Notes: generated by a model not told the origin, from the letters alone. A stretch of 64,000 nt of DNA from an uncultured Gemmatimonadales bacterium (GCA_963707505.1 CAVPQB010000001.1:32001-96000), one strand, 5' to 3'. Positions 41,517 to 52,949 are shown, counted from the first letter of the stretch. Numbers and translations: made by a program.

Positions 41517-41534
41517 TACTAGATATGGCTGATT

Positions 41535-44204
41535 TTACCGCCCCATCCAGTATGCAACCTTGACCAGGAACACGTTCGTCGGCTGAGCACGGAAGATCGC
41601 GCCCGCGTCGCGCGCGAGTGAAAAGTCGCCGATGGGCTCGAAACCATCGCGCTGTTGCTGCCAGACAAAGAACAGCGTGGAGCCAGGCCGGTATTCCCAA
41701 CGCAGCACCGCGTCACCGTGAAGGCTCCGAATGTTGAAGTTGGGATCGCCGATCGCGAACGCCGGCGCGGCTCCGGCACCATCGGGATCGATGGTGTAAC
41801 CCGACGCGGTACGCGTGATCGTTCCGACGTCCTTGCCGTACTCGTCGAACGTGTAGCTGCGCGGTGCGCGCAGTTGTTTGAACGACGCATACTTGCCTGT
41901 CGACAGGAACGGCTGTGCATACAGCTGCAGCGTGAGCTCCGACGTGAATGTCCAGTCCAGACGTGTGTCCATCGCGAGCGTGGACTGACTCAGGTTCGCG
42001 AACACGTAGCGCCGGCCGAACGTTGTCGTGGCGAGTGAATCGGACACGGCGCGGACATACTGACCGGTGCCGTGCACCACGTCCATGCTTGGGCCGAGGT
42101 TCACGTGTATGAAGGAAGTCGGCCGCATGTCCAGGCTGAGCGAGAGGGTGCGCTCCGTCGCACCCGATGCGTCACCGCGCAGCGACAGACTCGGAGATAC
42201 CGTTATGAGCCGCCGAGTGTCGGAGTTTGCGCTCAGGTCAACTGACCACGAATGGGGAGTGAGCATCAGCGGGCCGCCGCGCGTGAGGCGGTTGTCGTAA
42301 TATGTGGGATTGTCGGTAGCGAAAAGACTCACTCCCCACATGTTCGTGAATGTCGCGCCTGTACTGAGGTACGGTGACTGAAAGATCGACGTGCCATCGT
42401 AGCTCCACGCACTGGTGGTGCCGCCACCGATGTACTTGGAGCGAAAGATCCTGTCAGCGTTCGAAGTCTGATAGCCGAATCCAGTCGACGCGCTGCGGTA
42501 ATCGACACGCGACTGGAAGCCGATGTCGTTCATCTCGAATCCCGGCGACACGTCCTTGAGCGCGACCGATGCGTACCACGTTCCGCGCTTCGCCAGCGCG
42601 ATCTCGCTCATGTGCCCGGTCAGTGACGTGAGCGTTGGATCGAAGTGCAGATACTTTGCGTCGGGCTGCTGGTAATACCGTGCACTGCTCAACTGCGTCG
42701 CGGCTATGGCCTTTGCAGTGCCGGTGACCTGGCTTTCCGATACGTAACCACTGACCACCCACGCCCGGTTGGCCCAGGCATGCTCGAAGTCCAGTCCGCC
42801 GACCGTTCCACGTCCGCGCAGGTTGGCGGCGAGTGAGCTGTCGCCGAGCGATCGGTCGACCGAGCTGATCATTGCGCCGATCACGGTATTGCCAGCTCGG
42901 AAATCCCGGCGCACCCGCCCCACGAGATAATTGGTGCGCGGCTCGACCGGTTGGGTGCTCCGCGCACCCGACGTCGTCATCACATCCGCGTCTTCCTCGT
43001 TCGTGAGTGCGTCGAGCAGGCCGATCGTCCAACCCGCGGTCTTGCCGGTGACCTTGGCCGCACCGAGTATCGTCGACTGTGACGGCGCATCGACGTAGGC
43101 GATGTTCGGACCTCCCGCACTACCCTGCGGCGCGCGACCTATGCGACGTGAGTAGAAGTAGTACTGCGAGTTGTAATCGTTGCTGCGCTGTACCGTGCCG
43201 AAGGCGAAGATGTCGGAGCCTTCGAGAAAGAATGGTCGCTTCTCCGGAAAGAAAGTTTCGAACGCTGTGAGATTGACGACTGCGGGATCGACCTCGACCT
43301 GACCGAAATCCGGATTGACCGTACCAGTCAGAGTGAGTCCGTTCGAGAGACCGTACTTGACGTCCGCGCCCGCGGCGAACTTGGTGTCGTTGGATCTGAA
43401 GAACGGATTCGCGGAAGTCCCGGGCGCGCGAGTCAGTCCGGCACTCACGTATGGAAGAATCTCGAGGCGGCGTGGCGCTGGAATACTATCTACACCGGTA
43501 AGCTCGCCAAACGCCGATACGAATCCGGGGCTTTGCTGCGTCCATGGTGCCCAGCTGTCGCGCTCATTGCGGCGCGCGATGTCGCGCATGATCTGAATGT
43601 CCCAGATGCGCCCACCGACGGGCTCGGTCGACGAAAAGCGCAGCTGCGAGAATGGAATGCGATACTCCGCGACCCATCCGAGCGAGTCGACGCGCGTCGC
43701 GACGTCCCACACGGCGTCCCAGTTGACGTCCTCGCTGTTGTCATTGTATTCGAGCACGTCCTTCTTCACGCCGAGCGGGTTTACGGAGAAACGGTATGCG
43801 GTACGATGGTCGTAGTAGGTACCGACCATCAGATGCAGCCAGTCCGAGTAGATCCCTGTTGCGTCGCGACGCGCCAACTGTGCTGCTATCAGCTTTGGCT
43901 CCGAGTCGAACATGCGGACGCCGACGTACAGGGCGTTGTCGTCGTACAGCACTCGCACTTCAGTGCGGTTCGGCGGCTGGCTGTTGACGTTCGGGTAGCT
44001 CTCCATGAAGCCGTCCGCGACCGGCGCCCTGTTCCAGTCGGCCTCGTCAAGCACCCCGTCGATGTGGATCGTGCCTGTCGCACGTACAGCCCTCATCGAC
44101 CGGACGCTCCTGCTCACCTGGCGAGCGTTGTCGGACTGCGCGACAATCGTGGGAGCGGCCAGGAGGAGCGCGGGCATGGCGATGGACAGGATGCGAGCGT
44201 TCAT
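41535..44204 (-). CDS. CBM9-like + DUF5916 outer-membrane protein
   Basis: Signal peptide; IHIDGVLDEADW, TEVRVLYDDNALYV, GWVAEYRIPFSQLRF, TVNPDFGQVEVD, FFPEKRPFFLEG, FYSRRIG; C-terminal FLVKVAYW. Confidence 0.85.
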   Translation of the reverse strand: MNARILSIAMPALLLAAPTIVAQSDNARQVSRSVRSMRAVRATGTIHIDGVLDEADWNRAPVADGFMESYPNVNSQPPNRTEVRVLYDDNALYVGVRMFDSEPKLIAAQLARRDATGIYSDWLHLMVGTYYDHRTAYRFSVNPLGVKKDVLEYNDNSEDVNWDAVWDVATRVDSLGWVAEYRIPFSQLRFSSTEPVGGRIWDIQIMRDIARRNERDSWAPWTQQSPGFVSAFGELTGVDSIPAPRRLEILPYVSAGLTRAPGTSANPFFRSNDTKFAAGADVKYGLSNGLTLTGTVNPDFGQVEVDPAVVNLTAFETFFPEKRPFFLEGSDIFAFGTVQRSNDYNSQYYFYSRRIGRAPQGSAGGPNIAYVDAPSQSTILGAAKVTGKTAGWTIGLLDALTNEEDADVMTTSGARSTQPVEPRTNYLVGRVRRDFRAGNTVIGAMISSVDRSLGDSSLAANLRGRGTVGGLDFEHAWANRAWVVSGYVSESQVTGTAKAIAATQLSSARYYQQPDAKYLHFDPTLTSLTGHMSEIALAKRGTWYASVALKDVSPGFEMNDIGFQSRVDYRSASTGFGYQTSNADRIFRSKYIGGGTTSAWSYDGTSIFQSPYLSTGATFTNMWGVSLFATDNPTYYDNRLTRGGPLMLTPHSWSVDLSANSDTRRLITVSPSLSLRGDASGATERTLSLSLDMRPTSFIHVNLGPSMDVVHGTGQYVRAVSDSLATTTFGRRYVFANLSQSTLAMDTRLDWTFTSELTLQLYAQPFLSTGKYASFKQLRAPRSYTFDEYGKDVGTITRTASGYTIDPDGAGAAPAFAIGDPNFNIRSLHGDAVLRWEYRPGSTLFFVWQQQRDGFEPIGDFSLARDAGAIFRAQPTNVFLVKVAYWMGR

Positions 44205-44518
44205 GAGGTGCAGTTGCGAGACGTGCGGAGGTGCGCGGCCGCCAGAGGCTGCCGCGCACGGGATATCTCTTGGATGCCAGGAATGGTCAAACGGTTTATC
44301 CCGGAGGCGCTTGGGTCCTGAAATACTCCGCGGCGACATTTTGATCCCCATCGAAGTGTCGCCGCGATGGTGTCTCTACATTTCCCCATGTGCGTGTCAG
44401 CGAACCATGGTCCGAGCCGATCAGCCGGCGGGAAGCGATCGCAACCGGCGCAGCGATGCTGGCCCTGTTGAAGCTTCACCGGCATGTACTGTCAACACCG
44501 CAAACCACGGGAGTATCA

Positions 44519-44860
44519 GTGACAATTGCCTGCTTCATCCGCTACCAGATCGATCCGTTTCAGCGTGACGCGTTCAGAACATATGCCGAGAACTGGGGGC
44601 GGATCATCCCCAGGTGCGGCGGCCACCTGATTGGATACTTTCTTCCGCACGAAGGCACGAACGATATCGGGTGGGGCCTCATCGCATTCGACAGTCTCGC
44701 CTCGTACGAGAAGTACAAGGCGCGTCTCAAGACCGATCAGGAATCGCGTGACAACTTTCTCATGGCGCAGAGCAAGCGCTTCATCCTGCGTGAAGAGCGC
44801 AACTTTGTCGAAGTCGTCGACGGAACGTTCAACGTTCCATCAACGCTTACCGGTGCTTGA
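44519..44860 (+). CDS. NIPSNAP family protein
   Basis: [44 protein letters not shown]...ILREER; GGAG RBS before GTG 44519. In-frame upstream extension to 44390. Confidence 0.88.
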   Translation: MTIACFIRYQIDPFQRDAFRTYAENWGRIIPRCGGHLIGYFLPHEGTNDIGWGLIAFDSLASYEKYKARLKTDQESRDNFLMAQSKRFILREERNFVEVVDGTFNVPSTLTGA

Positions 44861-44871
44861 CAGCGTAGCGT

Positions 44872-46287
44872 TTACGATGCCGGCGGCGTGACGACAAAGG
44901 AAGATCCATCGACGCTGATCGTCCACCCGGGCATGAGCACGAGCGTCCAGCCGTTGCCGTTGATGGTAGTCGTCTGCTTCACGACGCCAGGCTCGAGATG
45001 TACATCGCCGAGCGATACGCGCAGCTCGGTCCACGATTGATTGATGAGCGCGCCGGATGGTGCGGAGAGCGATGCACCATCCGCGCTCTTCCACGCAAGA
45101 TTCGCCATCACCGTCCCCGACGCGCCGAGCGAAGCCTGGCCGCGCGGGTTGAAGCTCACGTTGAGTGAGTGTGGCCGGAGTCGCACTGTGGGACTGTCGA
45201 GAAATTCCTTACGGTACGCGGCGAGTTCGCGCTCGCGATTCGCCCATCGGATGTTCTCTTCGGCGACGATCGCCGGACCGCCGTAGATCTGAGCCCGGGA
45301 GTGTGCGGCTTGTGTGACCGCTGGCGACACGGCTGTCCCGGCTGTTGCCATGAGTGCTGTCCGGACGAGCGATTCAGCCGGAAATTTCCGCGCTGCAATC
45401 GCACTGGCGAGCATCGACTGCAAATCAGGATGACTCCTGAGCGAGCGGTGCCAGCGCCCATTGGTGTAGTCGTCGAGCAGCATCGCGTACGCAGGCCCGG
45501 TGAAGTACTCGAAGGCGCGAACGAACGACGGAAGCGTCGTCGGTGCGGAATCCACTGATGCAATGAACGACGCACGCGGCGAGTTGGATAGCTTCCAGCC
45601 AGTGTATTCCGGAATGCCTTCCTTCACGTCCAGCGCTCGCTCGCGCGTTATTTCATCGGGAGACGCGATGGCGTAGCGCGCTGCACGAAACAGAAGAGCG
45701 TCGTGCACCGCACTGTCGCGCCTCGCACCACTGCTACGCAGCGCTGTCGCGAGCGCCTTCCATTCCAGACGCAGCCAGGAGCGGCCGGACGCTTCGTCCA
45801 ACAGTCCCGAGCCGGCGCCGGTCTCTTCATACGACGGTGCCGGCAACACGGCTGGTTGCAGCACGTGCATCGCTTCGTGAATCAGCAAGCGTTCAGCACC
45901 AAGCGTGTCGCCATATACGGGAAGCAGCACCATGGCCCAGTGGCGACCGGCCCACGTTACCGAAGTATTCGACGGCGTTATCGTCGCAGGCAGCGGGCCC
46001 TGCCAGACACCGCGCGTCTGAGTGTATCCGACCACACCGACGGGGGCGCTCGTGAGTAGAATCGTCTTGCCGCTGACACCCAGCCATGGGACCGAATCGA
46101 GCCGCGATCCCCATAGCTTGCCGGCATCGCGCGCCAACGCCGACTTTGCACGCATCGTCGCATCGTGAAACGCATCGATCGAGCTATCGGGAAGCTGCGC
46201 CGGCAATGTACTCGCGACTGTGGTCACGCAGACAATCGTGAGGACGACGAGGTTTGTGACGCGCGCAACAGCGGATGTGTATTTCAT
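44872..46287 (-). CDS. Secreted hypothetical protein with gluzincin-like HExxH...EG motif
   Basis: Signal peptide from MKYTSAV; LLIHEAMHVLQ and downstream KEGIPEYTG. Confidence 0.72.
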   Translation of the reverse strand: MKYTSAVARVTNLVVLTIVCVTTVASTLPAQLPDSSIDAFHDATMRAKSALARDAGKLWGSRLDSVPWLGVSGKTILLTSAPVGVVGYTQTRGVWQGPLPATITPSNTSVTWAGRHWAMVLLPVYGDTLGAERLLIHEAMHVLQPAVLPAPSYEETGAGSGLLDEASGRSWLRLEWKALATALRSSGARRDSAVHDALLFRAARYAIASPDEITRERALDVKEGIPEYTGWKLSNSPRASFIASVDSAPTTLPSFVRAFEYFTGPAYAMLLDDYTNGRWHRSLRSHPDLQSMLASAIAARKFPAESLVRTALMATAGTAVSPAVTQAAHSRAQIYGGPAIVAEENIRWANRERELAAYRKEFLDSPTVRLRPHSLNVSFNPRGQASLGASGTVMANLAWKSADGASLSAPSGALINQSWTELRVSLGDVHLEPGVVKQTTTINGNGWTLVLMPGWTISVDGSSFVVTPPAS

Positions 46288-46324
46288 TGCTCGGCCGGGG
46301 TGATTGTAGACGCTGCCGACAGCG

Positions 46325-47734
46325 TCACGCGAATACCGCACGCCGCTTCCATACCCCACTCTTCCAAATTAGCGCCATCGCGAGACCGCGAGCCGCCGCC
46401 GTCAGCACGATCACCCACCACACACCGACGATTCCGAATCGTGCCGCGGCCCATATCGCGAGCGGAACTCGCAGCGCCGTCAACGTGGTCGAGGTAAGCA
46501 TTGGCGGGAGCGTGGTTCCCGACCCTCCCAATGCCGCTTCCAATACTATCTCGGCGCCGAGGAACATGTTCGACAACGCGCTGATTCGCAGATACTCGGC
46601 GCCGATTATCTGCGTCGCCGGATCATTCGTGAAGATCCCTGCAAAGTCGGGTGCGATGGTGAGCTCGAGTATGCTGAGTATCACCGCGGGCACCATTACG
46701 TATCCAACGGTGATCCACCCGCTGTTCTCCGCTCTCCTGATTTCGCCTGCTCCGAGATTCTGACCCACGATCGCAGCCACCGCAGCGCCGAAGCCGAGGC
46801 TGATGGTGTAGAGCCAGCTCTCGACGCGATGACCGATTCCGAGCGCGGCCAGTGCCGCGGTTCCGAAGGGCGCGATGCTGCGTGTAAGCACTATGTAGAT
46901 GAGCGAGAATACAACACCCGTCATCGCTGTCGGTAAGCCGACGCGTGTGATCGCAGCGATCGTCGCGCGCCGCACACGTCCGAAGCTGACCATGCGGCGC
47001 TTGTACAGAACAACCACACCCAACCCGAACGCCAACGTGCGCGTTATCGCCGTCGCGATGGCGGCGCCTTCGATTCCAAGCTTTGGCGCGGGACCGAGAC
47101 CGAGTATCAGAATCGGATCGAGGATCATGGTAACAGCGATCGACACACTGAGGATGGCAAGCGGGGTTCGTGTGTCGCCGCTTGCACGAAATCCGGCGTC
47201 GACGGCGAAGAAGCCAAAGAAGAGCGGGGCGCCGAGCAGATAGGTGCCCAGATAGCGGCGCCCGAGGGCCGCGATCTCCGGCTCGACGTTCATCGCCGAG
47301 AATAGATGATCCAGCAGCAGCGTTCCGAAGAGGGCGACAGCCGAGCCAAGGACGATCGAATACACCATCGCCTCACCGACGACGCGCGAGGCCTCTTGAG
47401 GATTGCGCTCGCCGTGCCGCCGGGCTGCAAGGGACGTAAGACCGATGCTCACCAGCTCCGCGATCGAGATGATGAGCCAGATCCAGAACACGCTCGCGGT
47501 CGCGGCGGCGAGCGCGACGGGGCCCAGAAAGCGGCCGATCCAGAGCAGATCGACCGTGAAGAACAGCGTCATGAGGAGCGTGGACGCGACCGCCGGCAAT
47601 CCCAGGCGCATTATCGTGCGCGCAAGCGGCTGGCGAACGAGACGGGCGTGCTCCCACTCACCGGTGATGGTGATCGGAGTGACGCCTTCTTCGTGCGATT
47701 CGAGGATTACCGAACGGTCGTCGGGCACGGGCAT
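46325..47734 (-). CDS. MATE family efflux transporter
   Basis: About 12 TM; FRASGDTRTPL, LDPILILG, LGIEGAAIAT, VGQNLGAG, GSGTTLPPM. Confidence 0.92.
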   Translation of the reverse strand: MPVPDDRSVILESHEEGVTPITITGEWEHARLVRQPLARTIMRLGLPAVASTLLMTLFFTVDLLWIGRFLGPVALAAATASVFWIWLIISIAELVSIGLTSLAARRHGERNPQEASRVVGEAMVYSIVLGSAVALFGTLLLDHLFSAMNVEPEIAALGRRYLGTYLLGAPLFFGFFAVDAGFRASGDTRTPLAILSVSIAVTMILDPILILGLGPAPKLGIEGAAIATAITRTLAFGLGVVVLYKRRMVSFGRVRRATIAAITRVGLPTAMTGVVFSLIYIVLTRSIAPFGTAALAALGIGHRVESWLYTISLGFGAAVAAIVGQNLGAGEIRRAENSGWITVGYVMVPAVILSILELTIAPDFAGIFTNDPATQIIGAEYLRISALSNMFLGAEIVLEAALGGSGTTLPPMLTSTTLTALRVPLAIWAAARFGIVGVWWVIVLTAAARGLAMALIWKSGVWKRRAVFA

Positions 47735-47768
47735 TGCCCAATCTATCGGGCTCTGCCAGGAGGCATGA

Positions 47769-48032
47769 ATGACGACGAAAAACAATCCATATGGCGACGG
47801 CGGCGGGACGCGTGTCGGCACGCCCGATACGCCGAAGCGCGATAACACCGACGGCGGCGGCGATGGCGGCAATCTCGGCGCCGGCAAGGAGTCCACCGGT
47901 GGCCTTTCGGAGCGTGGGAATCCAGCGGACGCCACGCACCAGCCGGCGGAATCTCCACGGCGTAAGGCGGATAAGGGCTCAGGGTACGGCGGGACTCGCG
48001 GGGACCCAAAGACCGACGCCGGCCAGAAGTGA
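47769..48032 (+). CDS. Small Gly-rich hydrophilic (disordered) protein
   Basis: AGGAGG 5 nt upstream of ATG; 87 aa, almost no hydrophobic residues. Confidence 0.65.
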   Translation: MTTKNNPYGDGGGTRVGTPDTPKRDNTDGGGDGGNLGAGKESTGGLSERGNPADATHQPAESPRRKADKGSGYGGTRGDPKTDAGQK

Positions 48033-48121
48033 GGCGTTGGTGAGGCGTTGGTGTGGCGCGGATGCATCCGCGCCATTCCTCGCGTTCGGGCCCTGACACC
48101 GGACCGGGTAAATTTCGGCAG

Positions 48122-49099
48122 ATGCTCGCTCCATCAGGGATTCACCACGTAACCGCGATCGCCAGCGATCCGCAGCGCAATATCGACTTCTACGCGGGAG
48201 TCCTTGGGCTCAGGCTGGTCAAGCGAACGGTAAACTTCGACGATCCGACCACATATCACTTCTATTTCGGTGATGAGATCGGCCGCCCCGGGACGCTGCT
48301 GACCTTCTTTCCGTGGCCCAATGCGCGTCGCGGACGTCAGGGCGCGGGCCAGGCAGCGGTCACATCGTTCGCCATCGTACCGGGATCGGTGGGATTCTGG
48401 CTCGAGCGATTGTTGAAGCAGCGTGTCGATTTCGAGCAGCCTGCCACGCGCTTCGACGGCGAGCGGGTCATCGCACTCAGGGATCCGGATGGACTGTTGC
48501 TCGAGCTGGTATCGCATCAGCGCGTCGAGCAGTGTGAGTTGCCCGCGGAGGCGGACACCGACATCCAGGTTCCATCGGAGCACCGGATCCGTGGCGTTTA
48601 TGCGGTGACGTTGTGGCAGGACGGTCAACAGCACACAGCCGATCTGCTCACGTCATCGCTCGGATTCCGTCTCGCGCGCGAACAGGGAAGCATCTTCCGC
48701 TACACGTCGGACGAGAGCAGACCGGGCTCGATTGTTGATCTCAGAATCGTTCCTGGGCTGTGGCCCGGCGTGATGGGCGCAGGAACGGTACATCACGTTG
48801 CGTTTCGCGCGACTGACGACCGTACGCAGCTGAACATGCGCGACGAGCTCGAATCGGGCGGATACAACGTGACGCCGGCTCTCGATCGCGATTACTTCAA
48901 GTCGGTTTATTTTCGCGAGCCTGGCGGCGTGCTCTTTGAAATCGCAACTGATGGACCCGGCTTCACCGTCGATGAGCCCGCAACTTCACTCGGCCGCGCA
49001 CTCAAACTTCCGGCGTGGCTCGAGTCACGCCGGTTCGAGATCGAAGCGCTTCTTCCAAACATCCACCTACCGATCGACCTCCCCGGGCCGAACGCGTAG
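48122..49099 (+). CDS. Ring-cleaving dioxygenase (VOC/glyoxalase, MhqO-like)
   Basis: GIHHVTAIA, KRTVNFDDPTTYHFYFGD, GTVHHVAFR, DRDYFKSVYFREPGGVLFEIATDGPGF. Confidence 0.93.
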   Translation: MLAPSGIHHVTAIASDPQRNIDFYAGVLGLRLVKRTVNFDDPTTYHFYFGDEIGRPGTLLTFFPWPNARRGRQGAGQAAVTSFAIVPGSVGFWLERLLKQRVDFEQPATRFDGERVIALRDPDGLLLELVSHQRVEQCELPAEADTDIQVPSEHRIRGVYAVTLWQDGQQHTADLLTSSLGFRLAREQGSIFRYTSDESRPGSIVDLRIVPGLWPGVMGAGTVHHVAFRATDDRTQLNMRDELESGGYNVTPALDRDYFKSVYFREPGGVLFEIATDGPGFTVDEPATSLGRALKLPAWLESRRFEIEALLPNIHLPIDLPGPNA

Positions 49100-49166
49100 C
49101 ATCTCACAGCATCTCGCAGTACCTCCAGCAGCATATCAATCTTCGACCAAATAGAGCGACGTACAG

Positions 49167-51176
49167 ATGACAGACAAGACTCCAGTGGAACTCGAGAAGG
49201 CGTGCATCGATGCAATTCGCGTTCTCGCCATGGATGCCGTGCAGAAGGCGGATTCCGGCCACCCAGGGACGCCGATGGCGCTCGCACCGCTCGCATACGT
49301 GTTATGGACGCGCCACATACGATACAATCCCGCCGATCCGCACTGGCCCAACCGTGACAGGTTCATCCTCTCGTGCGGCCACGCGTCGATGTTGCTGTAC
49401 AGCGTCTTCTATCTCACTGGCTACGATCTGTCGCTCGACGATATCAAGAATTTTCGTCAGCTGCACAGCAAGACTCCTGGACATCCCGAGTACGGACACA
49501 CACCCGGCGTCGAAACGACCACCGGCCCGCTTGGACAGGGATTCAGCAATGCAGTCGGAATGGCGATCGCTGAAGCACACACATCGACCGTGTTCAATCG
49601 CGCGCAGCGCATCATCGACCACTACACGTACTTCATCGCGAGTGACGGCGATCTCATGGAAGGGATCTCGAACGAAGCCGCATCTTTCGCAGGCCACAAC
49701 AAACTCGGCCGGTTGATCGGATTCTACGACGACAATCACATAACGATCGAAGGCAACACCGATCTCACGTTCAGCGACGACACGCGGCTGCGCTTCGAAG
49801 GCTACGGCTGGCACGTGCAGTTCGTCGGCGATGTGAAGAATCTGGATGCGCTGGACGAGGCAATCAAGCGCGCGAAGGCTGAAACCGAGCGTCCGTCGCT
49901 CATCATCATGCGCACGCACATCGGATACGGCAGTCCGAACAAGCAGGACACCTCCGCCGCACACGGCTCGCCGCTCGGCGTCGAGGAGATCAAGCTCACC
50001 AAGGAGAACCTTGGAATTCCGTCGCAGGAGCCGTTCTACGTGGATCCCGACGCGCTTGCATTCTGGCGACGCGCGGGACTCGCCGGTGCAGACGAACAGT
50101 CTGCGTGGAACAAGCTCTACGACCAGTGGAAGGCTGCGAACGCGGATCTGTGCGCTGAATTCGAGCGACGCGCAGGCGGTCATCTCAAGGATGGGTGGGA
50201 AGATCTGATTCCGACGTTCGATGCGAAAAACGGAAACGTCGCAACGCGATCTGCATCCGGCGCCGTGATCAATGCGATCGCACCGAAGATCCCGGAGCTG
50301 ATCGGAGGCTCGGCAGATCTCGCCAGCTCGACCGACACGATCGTGAAGGGCGCGCCGAGCTTCGGGCCGGGAAGTTACGAGGGCCGCAACTTCCATTTCG
50401 GAATACGCGAACATGGGATGGGCGGCGTCATGAACGGAATGGCGCTCTATGGCGGCATAATTCCGTACGGCGCGACGTTCCTGATATTCAGCGACTACAT
50501 GCGCCCACCAATGCGACTCGCATGCATGATGCGCCAGCGCCTCATCTACGTTTACACGCACGATTCGATCGGACTTGGCGAGGATGGCCCGACGCACCAG
50601 CCGATCGAGCAGTTGTCCAATCTGCGCGCGGTTCCGAACATGACCGTCATTCGTCCCGCGGACGCGAACGAAACGGCGGAAGCATGGCGTGCGGCGCTCA
50701 AGCTCGGAACGCCCGTGTGTCTGATACTCACCCGACAGAAGCTGCCATTCATCGACCGGACCAGGTACGCCGCTGCGAGCAACGTCGCGCGCGGTGCATA
50801 TGTGCTGGCCGATATTCGCGGTGGCGATCCGGAAGTTGTATTGCTGGCAAGCGGATCCGAGGTATCGATCATTCTTCAAGCGCAGGACACGCTCGCGCAA
50901 CAGGGGATTCGTGCGCGCGCCGTGAGCGTGCCGAGCATGGAGCTGTTCGCCCAACAGGATCAGGCATATCGCGATAGCGTGTTGCCACCCGGGATCAAAC
51001 GCGTCTCGATCGAGGCATCGCAACCGATGTCCTGGTACAAGTGGATCGGTGAGGGTGGAGTCGCCATCGGTCTCGACCATTTTGGTGCATCAGCGCCGTA
51101 TCAGGAGTTGTACAAGGAGTTCCACCTGACTCCGGAGAACGTCGTCGACACAGCGAAGTCGTTGCTCGGAAAGTGA
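49167..51176 (+). CDS. tkt: Transketolase
   Basis: [58 protein letters not shown]. Confidence 0.97.
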   Translation: MTDKTPVELEKACIDAIRVLAMDAVQKADSGHPGTPMALAPLAYVLWTRHIRYNPADPHWPNRDRFILSCGHASMLLYSVFYLTGYDLSLDDIKNFRQLHSKTPGHPEYGHTPGVETTTGPLGQGFSNAVGMAIAEAHTSTVFNRAQRIIDHYTYFIASDGDLMEGISNEAASFAGHNKLGRLIGFYDDNHITIEGNTDLTFSDDTRLRFEGYGWHVQFVGDVKNLDALDEAIKRAKAETERPSLIIMRTHIGYGSPNKQDTSAAHGSPLGVEEIKLTKENLGIPSQEPFYVDPDALAFWRRAGLAGADEQSAWNKLYDQWKAANADLCAEFERRAGGHLKDGWEDLIPTFDAKNGNVATRSASGAVINAIAPKIPELIGGSADLASSTDTIVKGAPSFGPGSYEGRNFHFGIREHGMGGVMNGMALYGGIIPYGATFLIFSDYMRPPMRLACMMRQRLIYVYTHDSIGLGEDGPTHQPIEQLSNLRAVPNMTVIRPADANETAEAWRAALKLGTPVCLILTRQKLPFIDRTRYAAASNVARGAYVLADIRGGDPEVVLLASGSEVSIILQAQDTLAQQGIRARAVSVPSMELFAQQDQAYRDSVLPPGIKRVSIEASQPMSWYKWIGEGGVAIGLDHFGASAPYQELYKEFHLTPENVVDTAKSLLGK

Positions 51177-51203
51177 CGGCTCGACGAGGCGTGGATTGAA
51201 CCG

Positions 51204-51845
51204 GTGAGCCAGCGCCGAGTGATCGATATCTCGGTGATGTTGTCCCCCGACACACCAGTGTGGCCGGGGGACACGCCGTTTTCATGTCTCTGGACGTGGA
51301 ACATGGACGAGGGATCGAGCGTGAACGTGAGCGCGGTGACATCGAGCCCGCACGCTGGTACGCACGCAGATACGCCGCTGCACGTAACGCGCGGTGCTGC
51401 GGGGTCTGAATCACTGGCGATCGAAGCTTTTCAGGGGCCGGCTGTCGTTGTGGACGTAACTGACCTCGCCGGCGAGATCGAGATCGAAGAGATCGATCGT
51501 CGCACGCACGGACACGCGGTGACGACACGCCTGCTGCTCAGGACCGGACGGAGCATCGCGAGTGGCGTATTTCCCGCGACCTGGCCGAGGTTGTCAGTCG
51601 ATTGTGCGCGGAATCTGGTAACGCGCGGCGTGGTTCTCGTCGGTATGGACTGCCCGTCCGCGGACGATCGGGAGAGCAAGACGCTGGACGTTCACCACGA
51701 ACTTCTGGACCGCGGTGTGTGCGTGCTGGAGAATCTGGATCTTCGGGAGGCCGAAGCCGGCGAATATGTGCTTGACGCATTGCCGATGAAGATCGCGGGA
51801 CTGGATGCGGCGCCGGTGCGGGCCGTGCTCGAGTTTCTGGAGTAG
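51204..51845 (+). CDS. Cyclase family / kynurenine formamidase (KynB-like)
   Basis: TPVWPGD, HAGTHADTP (HxGTHxD), LENLDL, DAAPVRAV. Confidence 0.88.
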   Translation: MSQRRVIDISVMLSPDTPVWPGDTPFSCLWTWNMDEGSSVNVSAVTSSPHAGTHADTPLHVTRGAAGSESLAIEAFQGPAVVVDVTDLAGEIEIEEIDRRTHGHAVTTRLLLRTGRSIASGVFPATWPRLSVDCARNLVTRGVVLVGMDCPSADDRESKTLDVHHELLDRGVCVLENLDLREAEAGEYVLDALPMKIAGLDAAPVRAVLEFLE

Positions 51846-51917
51846 CGGATCCACATTCGCTGATGCTGCCGCGTTAGTGTTTGGATCACCGCTCGATTCA
51901 TCGCTTATTCTTGTTTC

Positions 51918-52949
51918 ATGCGCCGACTCCTTATCGCCATCGTGGCGCTCGCCTTTCTCGGGATCATCGCCTACGGCATGTTCGGGATGGGCGGGAGCAG
52001 CGGCGCTGGCGGGATGATTCAGCGCGACGCCAGCGTCAACGATCCGCCCGCCCCCGCGATAACGGTGCGCGATCTCGATGTCGGGCAGGGTGACGCGACG
52101 TACATCCATAACGGTGACAGTCGAGTACTGATAGACGGAGGTCCCGATGCTCGCCGGATGGGATTCCTGCTCGATTCGCTCGGGTTGAACAACAGGACGA
52201 TGGACGTCGTGATTCTTACGCATCAACACTCCGATCACTATACGGGGCTGCTTCCGCTATTCGATTCGCGCCGTCACATCCGGATCCGGTACTTCTTCGA
52301 GGATAAGGACCCGTCCGCCGCTGCCACACTCGCGCGGCTGCGCGACTCGGTCATCTCGCGCGTCCAGTCCGACAGCCTGCAGTATCGAAGCACGGATGAC
52401 CCATGCGGCGACGGCGACGCGATGTGCACCATCACTCTGCGCGGCGGCGCATCGATGCACATCATGCGACCGCTGGCAGCTCCCGCCAAGCCGAACAACC
52501 GCTCCGTTGCCGTGAAGCTCGTGGGCGCGGATTCGGCGTCCTTTACGATGTGGATCGCCGGCGACGCCGAACACGCCGCGATCGCGCACTTCGAGGCGGC
52601 GGGATACGCGACGAATCCCGGCATGAAGGTCGATGTCCTGAAGGCCGACCATCACGGCAGCTGCAACGGCGTGACACCACGCTATCTGGAGCTTACTCAG
52701 CCGACGTGGGCGGTGGCGTCACTTGGTGCGGTCAACGATTACGGTCACATGCATCAGCAGGCGAAGACGGAATACCGCGACGCTGGAGTCCAGTGGTATC
52801 GCACCGATCAGAACGGCACCGTCACGATACAATCGCCGGGTGTGCCGGGAGGTGGCTACACCATCACACCCTCTCGGCCGGGCAAGGACCTGAACGGGCC
52901 GAGCGATCGCAGGGCAAGCGCGCGGGGATGCGCTGGAAGCGAAAGTTGA
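51918..52949 (+). CDS. ComEC/Rec2-like MBL-fold metallo-hydrolase with N-terminal membrane anchor
   Basis: LDVGQGDAT, LIDGG, THQHSDH, NNRS, GDAE, KADHHGS, NDYGH, YRTDQNG. Confidence 0.88.
   Translation: MRRLLIAIVALAFLGIIAYGMFGMGGSSGAGGMIQRDASVNDPPAPAITVRDLDVGQGDATYIHNGDSRVLIDGGPDARRMGFLLDSLGLNNRTMDVVILTHQHSDHYTGLLPLFDSRRHIRIRYFFEDKDPSAAATLARLRDSVISRVQSDSLQYRSTDDPCGDGDAMCTITLRGGASMHIMRPLAAPAKPNNRSVAVKLVGADSASFTMWIAGDAEHAAIAHFEAAGYATNPGMKVDVLKADHHGSCNGVTPRYLELTQPTWAVASLGAVNDYGHMHQQAKTEYRDAGVQWYRTDQNGTVTIQSPGVPGGGYTITPSRPGKDLNGPSDRRASARGCAGSES

Noticed and set aside
49302..51080. 592-aa antisense ORF over tkt (also 58234-59535, 7442-8461 and many others)
   Set aside because: Shadow ORFs caused by high GC3 on the coding strand; they carry no domain motifs.
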